From the NCBI GenBank assembly GCA_964187785.1, contig OZ076409.1, forward strand, positions 55,058,001-55,122,000: DNA of 64,000 nucleotides. Reading direction: 5' to 3'. Positions 46,857 through 59,329 of this stretch are shown in pieces. Within the stretch, counting starts at the first letter, position 1. Each line of letters opens with the position of its first letter. The translations under genes were made by a program, and so were the position numbers. The notes below the pieces were generated by a model. The model saw only the letters and a program-made list of their open reading frames with translations, was not told the DNA's origin and made no database searches. The DNA comes from Amphiscolops sp. MND2022. Lineage: Eukaryota.

Positions 46857-47126
46857 CATCGTTATCCTATGCAAATACTTTTTTTCCAGAAGCGGTTAAT
46901 TTATGTGCGCAGGTCACGGGTGCCAACACACTGTTATCCGATGGTAACTGGAAATATCTTTTCTTTCTAATTTCCTTGGCGCTGAATTTCAGGGTTTAAC
47001 TTTGTGATCCCTTTTGAGATGCAAATTCATTCAAGTACTAGCTCCGGGTACAAATTTTGACTTTGGTACGTGCCTATCTATCGCCTGTGCTTATATTTCA
47101 CAAAGGTTTTCGGAACAATTTTGCAG

Positions 47127-47339
47127 ATGGAAAATGGGAGTAATAAAAACGTGCCTCATGTCCGTAGATCATGCAAGAAGTTGGCATGTGCTATTCAGGA
47201 CTGCCTAGAACGCCACCGGTACCAACAAGAAAAATGTCGGCCACAAATCGAAGCTTTGATCGAGTGCTGCAAAAATACTAATGATACAATCTCACCCTAC
47301 TGCAACGGATGGGTCAGTGCTACTGAGGGCTCAAAATGA
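47127..47339 (+). CDS. CMC4: Cx9C motif-containing protein 4 (mitochondrial intermembrane space, p8-MTCP1-like), 70 aa
   Basis: SCKKLACAIQDCLERHRYQQEKCRPQIEALIECC...SPYCNGW matches the CMC4 cysteine pattern. The ATG directly follows a TTTTGCAG splice acceptor; AATAAA at 47427. Confidence 0.85.
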   Translation: MENGSNKNVPHVRRSCKKLACAIQDCLERHRYQQEKCRPQIEALIECCKNTNDTISPYCNGWVSATEGSK

Positions 47340-47792
47340 TATGAATTTAAAATCCTGACCACGCTACTAAAATTGTCAATTTAGTTTTGAATTAATGTAT
47401 TTCTGTAAAGTTATGTGACTGACAAAAATAAAAAGATGGTGCTGTAGGAGAGGGCGTTTTGAGAGCACTTGAAAAAGGAGGTCAATTTCAATGATCAGAT
47501 TTTGAACGTTGATCTTCAAAATAAATGTGGATCGACTTCGAAAGTTTCATTAGTAAATGCTGTTGTCGCAACTTTCCGATGAGATACGCAAATCAATTGG
47601 AATTAGAGTTATAGTTGAATTCTACCGAAAGGCTCATTAACACTGGGTTTTTTGTTGCCTTGAATGGACTCACTGGTTTGCAAAAACTAGCCCCAATCAT
47701 TAATATTCTCGGGACTTACTGTGGGAATCATAGCGCTTCAAAGCGGAACTGAAAAGGATAAACTTAAGCGGTGTGAGACCCGACAAAATAAA

Positions 47793-48442
47793 AACAAGAC
47801 GGGAACGTCTCAAGTCGGCGCTATATCTAAGGCTCAAAAAGCGCAAATTTTTTTTTGGAAAAAAACTTGAAATTTTTGAAAAAAAAATTCAAACTTGTCA
47901 TGGCCAACTTAAAATGTCCAACTAATTCGCCGCCAAGTTATCTTGTTGAAATTAGTTGGACATTTTAAGTTGGCCATGTCAAGTTTGAAATTTTTTTTCC
48001 ATTAAAAATTTTAATATGGGGGTAAAGAGAGCCTCAGAAAGAAAGCATATTTTTTCTTTTTCGGAAAATGTCGCACAGTGCCGAAAAATGTAAAAGGGGG
48101 ACCCTTTTTGATTTATAAACACGCATTCTGTAGCAAAATAACAAAAAACTCAAAGGGGGGACCCTTTGGGGACATTAAAAAAATTTCGAAAAAAGTGTCA
48201 CAGCGCCGAAAAAAAATCGAAAGGGGGGGGGACTTTAGTCCCGTCCGGGCTTGTATGTTGTAACGTTTAAAAAGTAAATGAATGCGCTCCCCGTTTGCCT
48301 TTACCGGTCCAGTAGTTTAGTACTTATTTAGTAGTTGAACGTTAATTTTAACGTTCGTCGCTTCGAGTCTGTCTTAAATGAAAAAAAAAACGAGTGACTG
48401 TAATAGTCGGGCTCTTTTCTTAAGAAAAGCGCCGACTAAAAA
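47793..48442 (-). mobile_element. HINE/DINE-1-like element, copy 2 (inverted), carrying a templated insertion
   Basis: Reverse complement of the family ends (AACAAGACGGGAACG...AGTCGGCGC; GTAATAGTCGGG...GCGCCGACTAAAAA) with GGGGGACCCTT sub-repeats. Confidence 0.72.
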
Positions 48443-48968
48443 CTGATGGAATCAACAAGTTTAAAGCCGATACGCCTTACTGATGCTGCAGCGTTGAAAA
48501 GTCAAAAGTAAGAACTACACATGGTCATTTTTCCGAATGAAGTGTCAAATAGTTAAGTGAAGTGTTTCGACACGAAGCTTATAGTCCAAAATTTGGATGC
48601 TTCCAGTGAAGTTTACAAATTTTGCCTTATGCAAGAATCACTAATGCAATATTTTATATTATGATTTCATCCCAAAATGAGCAGCAAAACTAAACAGAAA
48701 ATTGGGAAAAACTGAATTCTGCGCAGTTCGACTAATTCTCTAAAGGAATTTCTATACTTGTCAAGATTTTGGGCATCAAAATTTCCAACTAGAAAACGCG
48801 CTTTTTGATATTTCTGTGATAGCAGGAATGATATGAAACCGGAGAGGTAGTTTTTTTCAGCCGATAGTGTTTGTTATCAGAGTACCTACTGAAAAAAATT
48901 CAGAGTTTGTTCGGCAATGAGCCTAAGCGTGAGATTTAAATGTCTCAAGCTGTAGACAATTTTTTTGC

Positions 48969-51900
48969 GATGAAGCGAGCGAGCGTCGCTTCAACTCAAA
49001 TGCGAATGTCAAACGGTATATGCTTAGTAGTTATAATTTCTTCAGTCCGAGAAGAATTAAAGGCGGTGTAATCGAAGTGATTAATTGTTCGCTATATGAC
49101 GATTAAACGAGTGTACAGTTATTCCAGGAACGCTCCTTTTATTGAACATGAAAGCCTAAAGCAGAAATAATACTGTGCCCATAGGGGCCTATTTGGAGGA
49201 AAAAACTCTCCATAAAGCGTTATTTACCTAAATCTAGAACTACTTAGTGAAAATAAAATTTAGTTATGTCCATCTAAAATCTTTGAGGCTTTTCAATTCG
49301 TGTGAAGTACTTCAAAAAAGTACTTTTAAAGTATTTGCTGACCTTTTTTATGAACATAGCTTCACAAAATTGCTTGAGAGCTGAGAAACACGCCTGAAAG
49401 AGGCCCTGGTCATCAATGAAACACTCTGTTTGGGACCTTTTTTCAAGAGATGCAAAACAAGCTGAAGATTGACCAAATTATCATGAACAAGTTACTTTCA
49501 AGTTTTCCATGGCCAGTAAGTATCGTAACTAGTAATCTCAGGTAGAAATACCCAGGCGTTTCTTTCAAGTGTTCAAAACTTTTAATAAGCGGAACCAATG
49601 ACGCCTTGGAAAAAGTTTCTCTTACACTTTTCTCAGCCTGAGGGCTTCAAAGATGCAACTACTTTTATGCCATTGTCTCTATGGCAACACAAGAACTAAA
49701 AAAGTAACAACGTATTAGGAATTTTTTCTGCAAAAATCATTGATAATGAGCACGATTACGGGGACAATTTATTGTTCGAACTTTGCTTTCGCACACTTCG
49801 CATAAACCTATGAATGTCAATCAAACGAAAACCAGTTTGTCGAGAACGAACTCAGTAAAAATCTAACAATCTATGGAGAAACGATTTACCCTTCGGTTTA
49901 TGAAAATTTCGAACAACGTTATACCTAGGGATGCTGATCCCGGATCACTATTCTTAATCCCAGTATTTGGGATTAACCAATGTCCGATCCCGGGATAAAG
50001 TTTTTTTTGCATCAGGATTTATCAATATAAAAACAATGTTTGGAAGATTTTTTATTTGCTTGTGTAGTATTGCAAACAACGATATCAAATTTATGGTGTA
50101 TCCTGTCCGTTCTGAAAATCAGTTCATGCCTTTGTGAATAAAAACTTTCTAAATGGCACTTCGGAAGAAAAATGAAGCTGTCTCCCCTTTGGTCTATCCG
50201 ATCAAATTCCAGAATAACGACAATATTGCGGATATAGAAGTTCGATGTTACGAAATTTTAGCAAAATTAGTGATTAGAGATGATAGTTAGAACTTAGCAA
50301 AAAAGTATCGTAATGAAAAGTGTTTAAAAGAAGAAGTTTAGAAACAGGTTTTGAAAATATTTACAAAGTTTTGGCTATGCATTCGTATGCCGAATTCATT
50401 GAGATGAAGCGAATGAGTGAAACTATTTCGCTCACTGAGAGCGTCGCTTTAAATCAAATGCGAATGTGGAACGGTATATGCTTAGTAGTTATATTTTCTT
50501 CAGACCGAGAAGAATTGAATGCGGTGTAATCGTAGTGACTAATTGTTCGCTGAATGACGATAAAAGAGTGTACAGTTATTCCAGGAATGCTCCTTTTATT
50601 GAACATGAAAGCCTAAAGCAGAGCTAATACTGTGCCCACAGGAGCCTATTTTTGAAGAAAAAAAGTTCTCCATAAACCGTTATTTACCTAAATCTAGAAC
50701 TACTTAGTGAAAATAAAATTTAGTTATGTCCATCTAAAATCTTTGAGGCTTTTCAATTCGTGTGAAGTACTTCAAAAAAGTACTTTTAAAGTATTTGCTG
50801 ACCTTTTTTTATGAACACAGCTTCACAAAATTGCTTGAGAGCTGAGAAACACGCCTGAAAGAGGCCCTGGTCATCAATGAAACACTCTGTTTGGGACCTT
50901 TTTTCAAGAGATGCAAAACAAGCTGAAGATTGACCAAATTATCATGAACAAGTTACTTTCAAGTTTTCCATGGCCAGTAAGTATCGTAACTAGTAATCTC
51001 AGGTAGAAATACCCAGGCGTTTCTTTCAAGTGTTCAAAACTTTTAATAAGCGGAACCAATGACGCCTTGGAAAAAGTTTCTCTTACACTTTTCTCAGCCT
51101 GAGGGCTTCAAAGATGCATCTACTTTTATGCCATTGTCTCTATGGCAACACAAGAACTAAAAAAGTAACAACGTATTAGGAATTTTTTCTGCAAAAATCA
51201 TTGATAATGAGCACGATTACGGGGACAATTTATTGTTCGAACTTTGCTTTCGCACACTTCGCATAAACCTATGAATGTCAATCAAACGAAAACCAGTTTG
51301 TCGAGAACGAACTCAGTAAAAATCTAACAATCTATGGAGAAACGATTTACCCTTCGGTTTATGAAAATTTCGAACAACGTTATACCTAGGGATGCTGATC
51401 CCGGATCACTATTCTTAATCCCAGTATTTGGGATTAACCAATGTCCGATCCCGGGATAAAGGTTTTTTTGCATCAGGATTTATCAATATAAAAACAATAT
51501 TTGGAAGATTTTTTATTTGCTTGTGTAGTATTGGAAACAACGATATCAAATTTATGGTGTATCCTGTCCGTTCTGAAAATCAGTTCATGCCTTTGTGAAT
51601 AAAAACTTTCTAAATGGCACTTCGGAAGAAAAATGAAGCTGTCTCCCCTTTGGTCTATCCGATCAAATTCCAGAATAACGACAATATTGCGGATATAGAA
51701 GTTCGATGTTACGAAATTTTAGCAAAATTAGTGATTAGAGATGATAGTTAGAACTTAGCAAAAAAGTATCGTAATGAAAAGTGTTAAAAAGAAGAAGTTT
51801 AGAAACAGGTTTTGAAAATATTTACAAATTTTGGCTATGCATTCGTATGCCGAATTCATTGGGATGAAGCGAATGAGTGAAACTATTTCGCTCACTGAGA

Positions 51901-54900
51901 GCGTCGCTTTAAATCAAATGCGAATGTGAAACGGTATATGCTTAGTAGTTATATTTTCTTCAGTCCGAGAAGAATTGAATGCGGTGTAATCGTAGTGACT
52001 AATTGTTCGCTGAATGACGATAAACGAGTGTACAGTTATTCCAGGAATGCTCCTTTTATTGAACATGAAAGCCTAAAGCAGAGCTAATACTGTGCCCACA
52101 GGAGCCTATTTTTGAAGAAAAAAAGTTCTCCATAAACCGTTATTTACCTAAATCTAGAACTACTTAGTGAAAATGAAATTCAGTTATGTCCATCTGAAAT
52201 CTTTGAGGCTTTTCAATTCGTCTGATGTACTTCAAAACGTACTTTTAAAGTATTTGCTAACCTTTTTATATGAACATAGCTTCACAAAATTGCTTGAGAG
52301 CTGAGAAACACGCCTGAAAGAGGCCCTGGTCATCAATGAAACACTCTGTTTGGGACCTTTTTTCAAGAGATGCAAAACAAGCTGAAGATTGACCAAATTA
52401 TCATGAACAAGTTACTTTCAAGTTTTCCATGGCCAGTAAGTATCGTAACTAGTAATCTCAGGTAGAAATACCCAGGCGTTTCTTTCAAGTGTTCAAAACT
52501 TTTAATAAGCGGAACCAATGACGCCTTGGAAAAAGTTTCTCTTACACTTTTCTCAGCCTGAGGGCTTCAAAGATGCAACTACTTTTATGCCATTGTCTCT
52601 ATGGCAACACAAGAACTAAAAAAGTAACAACGTATTAGGAATTTTTTCTGCAAAAATCATTGATAATGAGCACGATTACGGGGACAATTTATTGTTCGAA
52701 CTTTGCTTTCGCACACTTCGCATAAACCTATGAATGTCAATCAAACGAAAACCAGTTTGTCGAGAACGAACTCAGTAAAAATCTAACAATCTATGGAGAA
52801 ACAATTTACCCCTCAGGTTATAAAAATTTCGAACAACGTTATACCTAGGGATGCTGATCCCGGATCACTATTCTTAATCCCAGTATTTGGGATTAACCAA
52901 TGTCCGATCCCGGGATGAAGGTTTTTTTGCATCAGGATTTATCAATATAAAAACAATGTTTGGAAGATTTCTTATTTGCTTGTGTAGTATTGCAAACAAC
53001 GATATCAATTTTATGGTGTATCCTGTCCGTTCTGAAAACTAGTTCATGCCTTTATGAATAAAAACTTTCTAAATGGCACTTCGGAAGAAAAATGAAGCTG
53101 TCTCCCCTTTGGTCTATCCGATCAAATTCCAGAATAACGACAATAATGCGGATATAGAAGTTCGATGTTACGAAATTTTAGCAAAATTAGTGATTAGAGA
53201 TGATGGTTAGAACTTAGCAAAAAAAGTATCGTAATGAAAAGTGTTAAAAAGAAAGAGAAGTTTAGAAACAAGTTTTGAAAGTATTTACAAAGTTTTGGCT
53301 ATGCATTTGTATGCCGAATTCATTGAGATTTCATTGAAACTATTTCGTTCACTGAGAGCGTCGCTTTAAATCAAATGCGAATGTGAAACGGTATATGCTT
53401 AGTAGTTATATTTTCTTCAGTCCGAGAAGAATTGAATGCGGTGTAATCGTAGTGACTAATTGTTCGCTGAATGACGATAAACGAGTGTACAGTTATTCCA
53501 GGAATGCTCCTTTTATTGAACATGAAAGCCTAAAGCAGAGCTAATACTGTGCCCACAGGAGCCTATTTTTGAAGAAAAAAAGTTCTCCATAAACCGTTAT
53601 TTACCTAAATCTAGAACTACTTAGTGAAAATGAAATTCAGTTATGTCCATCTGAAATCTTTGAGGCTTTTCAATTCGTCTGATGTACTTCAAAACGTACT
53701 TTTAAAGTATTTGCTAACCTTTTTTTATGAACATAGCTTCACAAAATTGCTTGAGAGCTGAGAAACACGCCTGAAACAGGCCCTGGTCATCAATGAAACA
53801 CTCTGTTTGGGACCTTTTTTCAAGAGATGCAAAACAAGCTGAAGATTGACCAAATTATCATGAACAAGTTACTTTCAAGTTTTCCATGGCCAGTAAGTAT
53901 CGTAACTAGTAATCTTAGGTAGAAATACCCAGGCGTTTCTTTCAAGTGTTCAAAACTTTTAATAAGCAGAACCAATGACGCCTTGGAAAAAGTTTCTCCT
54001 ACACTTTTCTCAGCCTGAGGGCTTCAAAGATGCATTGAACGTTGTGCCATTGTCTCTATGGCAACACAAAAACAAAAAAGGAAATTACGCATAAGGAATT
54101 TTTTCTGCAAAAATTATTGATAATGAGCACTATTACGGGGACATTTTATTGTTTGAACTTTGCTTTCGCACACTTCTCATAAACCTATGAATGGCAATCA
54201 AACGAAAACCAGTTTGTCAAGAACGAACTTGGTAATAATCTAACAATCTGTGGAGAAACGCTTTACCCCTCGGTTCATAAAAATTGCGAACAACGTTATA
54301 CCTAGGAATGCTGATCCCGGATCACTATTTTTAATCCCGGTATTTGGGGTTAGCGAATGTCCGATCCCGGGATTAATGTTTTTCTGCATCAGGATTTATC
54401 AATATAAAAACAATGTTTGGAAGATTTCCTATTGGCTTGTGTAGCATTGCAAACAACGATATCAATTTTATGGCGTATCCTGTTCGTTCTGGAAACTAGT
54501 TCATGTACTTGTGCATGAACAATTCTTAAATGGCACTTTGGAAGAAAATGAATCTGTCTCTCCTTTGTCCTATCCGATCAAATTCCAGAATAACGACAAT
54601 AATGCGGGTATAGATGTTCTATGTTACGGAATTTTAGCAAAATTAGTGAATAGAGATGATGGTTAGAACTTAGCAAAAAAGTATCGTTATGAAAAGTGTT
54701 AAAAAGAGAAAGAAGTTCATAAACAGGTTTTGAAATTTTTTACAAAGTTTTGGTTATGCATTCGTACGCCGAATTCATTGAGATGAAGCGAATGAGGGTA
54801 ACTATTTCGTTTACTGAGAGCGTCGCTTCAACTCAAATGCGAATGTCAAACGGTATATGCTTAGTAGTTTTATTTTCTTCAGTCCGAGAAGAATTAAAGG

Positions 54901-57900
54901 CGGTGTAATCGTATTGATTAATTGTTCGCTATATGACGATTAAACGAATGTACTTATTCCAGGAACGCTCCTTTTATTGAACATGAAAGCCTAAAGCTGA
55001 AATAATACTGTGCCCATAGGGGACTATTTTGGAGGAAAAAACTCCATAAAGCGTTATTTACCTAAATCTAAAACTACTTAGTGAAAATGAAATTTAGTTG
55101 TTCTTCTAAAATCTTTGAGGCTTTTCACTTCGTCTGATGTACTTCAAAAAGTACTTTTAAAGTATTTGCTGACCCTTTTTCATGAACATAGCTTCACAAA
55201 GTTGCTTGAGAGCTGAGAAACACGCCTGAAAGAGGCCCTGGTCATCAATGAAACACTCTTTTTGGACCTTTTTTCAAGAGATACAAAACAAGCTGAAGAT
55301 TGACCAAATTATCATGAACAAGTTACTTTTAAGTTTTCCATGGCCAGTAAGTATCGTAACTAGAAATCTTAGGTAGAAATACCCAGGCGTTTCTTTCAAG
55401 TGTTCAAAACCTTTAATAAGCAGAACCATTGACGCCTTGGAAAAAGTTTCTGTTACAATTTTCTCAGTCTGAAGGCTTCAAATATGCATTGAAATTTGTG
55501 CCATTGTCTCTATGGCAACACAAAAATTAAAAAGGAAATTACGCATAGGGATTTTTTCCTGCAAAAATCATTGATAATGAGCACGATTACGGGGACAATT
55601 CATTGTTCGAACTTTGCTTTCGCACAATTCGCATAAACTATGGATGTCAATCAAACGAAAACCAGTTCGTCAAGAACGAACTCAGTAAAAATCTAACAAT
55701 CTGGGGAGAAACGGTTTACCCCCTCGGTTTATAAAAAATTCGAACAACGTTATACCTAGAGATGCTGATCCCGGATCACTATTCTTAATCCCGGAATTTG
55801 GGGTTAGCCAATGTCCGGTCCCGGGATTAAGGTTTTTCTGCATCAGGATTTATCAATATAAAAACAATGTTTGGAAGATTTTCTATTGGCTTGTGTAGCC
55901 TTGCAAACAACGATATCAAATTCATGGCGTATCTTGTCCGTTCTGAAAACTAGTTCATGCACTTGTGCATGAAAAATTCCTAAATGGCACTTCGGAAGAA
56001 AAATGAATCTGTCTGCCCTTTGGTCTATCCGATCAAATTCCAGAATAACGACAATAATGCGGATATAGATGTTCTATGTTACGACATTTTAGCAAAATTA
56101 GTGATTAGAGATGATGGTTAGAACTTAGCAAAAAAAGTATCGTAATGAAAAGTGTTAAAAAGAAAGAGAAGTTTAGAAACAAGTTTTGAAAGTATTTACA
56201 AAGTTTTGGCTATGCATTTGTATGCCGAATTCATTGAGATTTCATTGAAACTATTTCGTTCACTGAGAGCGTCGCTTTAAATCAAATGCGAATGTGAAAC
56301 GGTATATGCTTAGTAGTTATATTTTCTTCAGTCCGAGAAGAATTGAATGCGGTGTAATCGTAGTGACTAATTGTTCGCTGAATGACGATAAACGAGTGTA
56401 CAGTTATTCCAGGAATGCTCCTTTTATTGAACATGAAAGCCTAAAGCAGAGCTAATACTGTGCCCACAGGAGCCTATTTTTGAAGAAAAAAATTTCTCCA
56501 TAAACCGTTTTTTACCTAAATCTAGAACTACTTAGTGAAAATGAAATTCAGTTATGTCCATCTGAAATCTTTGAGGCTTTTCAATTCGTCTGATGTACTT
56601 CAAAACGTACTTTTAAAGTATTTGCTAACCTTTTTTTATGAACATAGCTTCACAAAATTGCTTGAGAGCTGAGAAACACGCCTGAAAGAGGCCCTGGTCA
56701 TCAATGAAACACTCTGTTTGGGACCTTTTTTCAAGAGATGCCAAACAAGCTGAAGATTGACCAAATTATCATGAACAAGTTACTTTCAAGTTTTCCATGG
56801 CCAGTAAGTATCGTAACTAGTAATCTTAGGTAGAAATACCCAGGCGTTTCTTTCAAGTGTTCAAAACTTTTAATAAGCAGAACCAATGACGCCTTGGAAA
56901 AAGTTTCTCCTACACTTTTCTCAGCCTGAGGGCTTCAAAGATGCATTGAACGTTGTGCCATTGTCTCTATGGCAACACAAAAACAAAAAAGGAAATTACG
57001 CATAAGGAATTTTTTCTGCAAAAATTATTGATAATGAGCACGATTACGGGGACATTTTATTGTTTGAACTTTGCTTTCGCACACTTCTCATAAACCTATG
57101 AATAGCAATCAAACGAAAACCAGTTTGTCAAGAACGAACTTGGTAATAATCTAACAATCTGTGGAGAAACGCTTTACCCCTCGGTTCATAAAAATTGCGA
57201 ACAACGTTATACCTAGGAATGCTGATCCCGGATCACTATTTTTAATCCCGGTATTTGGGGTTAGCCAATGTCCGATCCCGGGATTAATGTTTTTCTGCAT
57301 CAGGATTTATCAATATAAAAACAATGTTTGGAAGATTTCCTATTGGCTTGTGTAGCATTGCAAACAACGATATCAATTTTATGGCGTATCCTGTTCGTTC
57401 TGGAAACTAGTTCATGTACTTGTGCATGAACAATTCTTAAATGGCACTTTGGAAGAAAATGAATCTGTCTCTCCTTTGTCCTATCCGATCAAATTCCAGA
57501 ATAACGACAATAATGCGGGTATAGATGTTCTATGTTACGGAATTTTAGCAAAATTAGTGAATAGAGATGATGGTTAGAACTTAGCAAAAAAGTATCGTTA
57601 TGAAAAGTGTTATAAAGAGAAAGAAGTTCATAAACAGGTTTTGAAATTTTTTACAAAGTTTTGGTTATGCATTCGTACGCCGAATTCATTGAGATGAAGC
57701 GAATAAGGGTAACTATTTCGTTTACTGAGAGCGTCGCTTCAACTCAAATGCGAATGTCAAACGGTATATGCTTAGTAGTTTTATTTTCTTCAGTCCGAGA
57801 AGAATTAAAGGCGGTGTAATCGTATTGATTAATTGTTCGCTATATGACGATTAAACGAATGTACTTATTCCAGGAACGCTCCTTTTATTGAACATGAAAG

Positions 57901-59110
57901 CCTAAAGCAGAAATAATACTGTGCCCATAGGGGACTATTTTGGAGGAAAAAACTCCATAAAGCGTTATTTACCTAAATCTAAAACTACTTAGTGAAAATG
58001 AAATTTAGTTGTTCTTCTAAAATCTTTGAGGCTTTTCACTTCGTCTGATGTACTTCAAAAAGTACTTTTAAAGTATTTGCTGACCCTTTTTCATGAACAT
58101 AGCTTCACAAAGTTGCTTGAGAGCTGAGAAACACGCCTGAAAGTGGCCCTGGTCATCAATGAAACACTCTTTTTGGACCTTTTTTCAAGAGATACAAAAC
58201 AAGCTGAAGATTGACCAAATTATCATGAACAAGTTACTTTTAAGTTTTCCATGGCCAGTAAGTATCGTAACTAGAAATCTTAGGTAGAAATACCCAGGCG
58301 TTTCTTTCAAGTGTTCAAAACCTTTAATAAGCAGAACCATTGACGCCTTGGAAAAAGTTTCTGTTACAATTTTCTCAGTCTGAAGGCTTCAAATATGCAT
58401 TGAAATTTGTGCCATTGTCTCTATGGCAACACAAAAATTAAAAAGGAAATTACGCATAGGGATTTTTTCCTGCAAAAATCATTGATAATGAGCACGATTA
58501 CGGGGACAATTCATTGTTCGAACTTTGCTTTCGCACAATTCGCATAAACTATGGATGTCAATCAAACGAAAACCAGTTCGTCAAGAACGAACTCAGTAAA
58601 AATCTAACAATCTGGGGAGAAACGGTTTACCCCCTCGGTTTATAAAAAATTCGAACAACGTTATACCTAGAGATGCTGATCCCGGATCACTATTCTTAAT
58701 CCCGGAATTTGGGGTTAGCCAATGTCCGGTCCCGGGATTAAGGTTTTTCTGCATCAGGATTTATCAATATAAAAACAATGTTTGGAAGATTTTCTATTGG
58801 CGTTGTAGCCTTGCAAACAACGATATCAAATTCATGGCGTATCTTGTCCGTTCTGAAAACTAGTTCATGCACTTGTGCATGAAAAATTCCTAAATGGCAC
58901 TTCGGAAGAAAAATGAATCTGTCTGCCCTTTGGTCTATCCGATCAAATTCCAGAATAACGACAATAATGCAGATATAGATGTTCTATGTTACGACATTTT
59001 AGCAAAATTAGTGATTAGAGATGATGGTTAGAACTTAGCAAAAAGTATCGTTATTAAAAAAGTGTTATAAAGAGGAAGAAGTTCAGAAACAGTTTTTGAA
59101 AATGTTTACA
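48969..59110 (+). repeat. Tandem array of ~7 units of ~1457 bp with a 2911-bp higher-order dimer
   Basis: Marker GAACATGAAAGCC at 49144, 50601, 52061, 53518, 54979, 56429 and 57890. Units 4/6 and 5/7 are near-identical at a 2911-bp offset (e.g. ORFs at 54250 and 57161). Confidence 0.95.
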
Positions 59111-59226
59111 CTGGTATGATACAAAAGTTACACTCTGACAAGTATCGAGCACCGCAATCAACATAGCAAAACACTAAATACCAATTTGATGTCCAAATTC
59201 ATACGGATTCAACAAATTTTTAAGAT

Positions 59227-59298
59227 TGAAGTTACCGTTTGCTGGTGAAAAGTGTGTAACTATAGTTACACACTTTTCACCAGCAAACGGTAACTTCA
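59227..59298. repeat. Perfect 72-bp palindrome
   Basis: TGAAGTTACCGTTTGCTGGTGAAAAGTGTGTAACTA|TAGTTACACACTTTTCACCAGCAAACGGTAACTTCA. Confidence 0.95.
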
Positions 59299-59329
59299 TT
59301 GTTCAAATTGAGAGCGACAATGCTTCGAC

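Noticed and set aside
48969..59110. Possible tandem cluster of RNA genes (5S, snRNA, SL RNA) or histone genes
   Set aside because: No recognisable 5S, U-snRNA, Sm-site or histone sequence in the unit. The short ORFs (e.g. 54250, 57161) are disrupted in other units.
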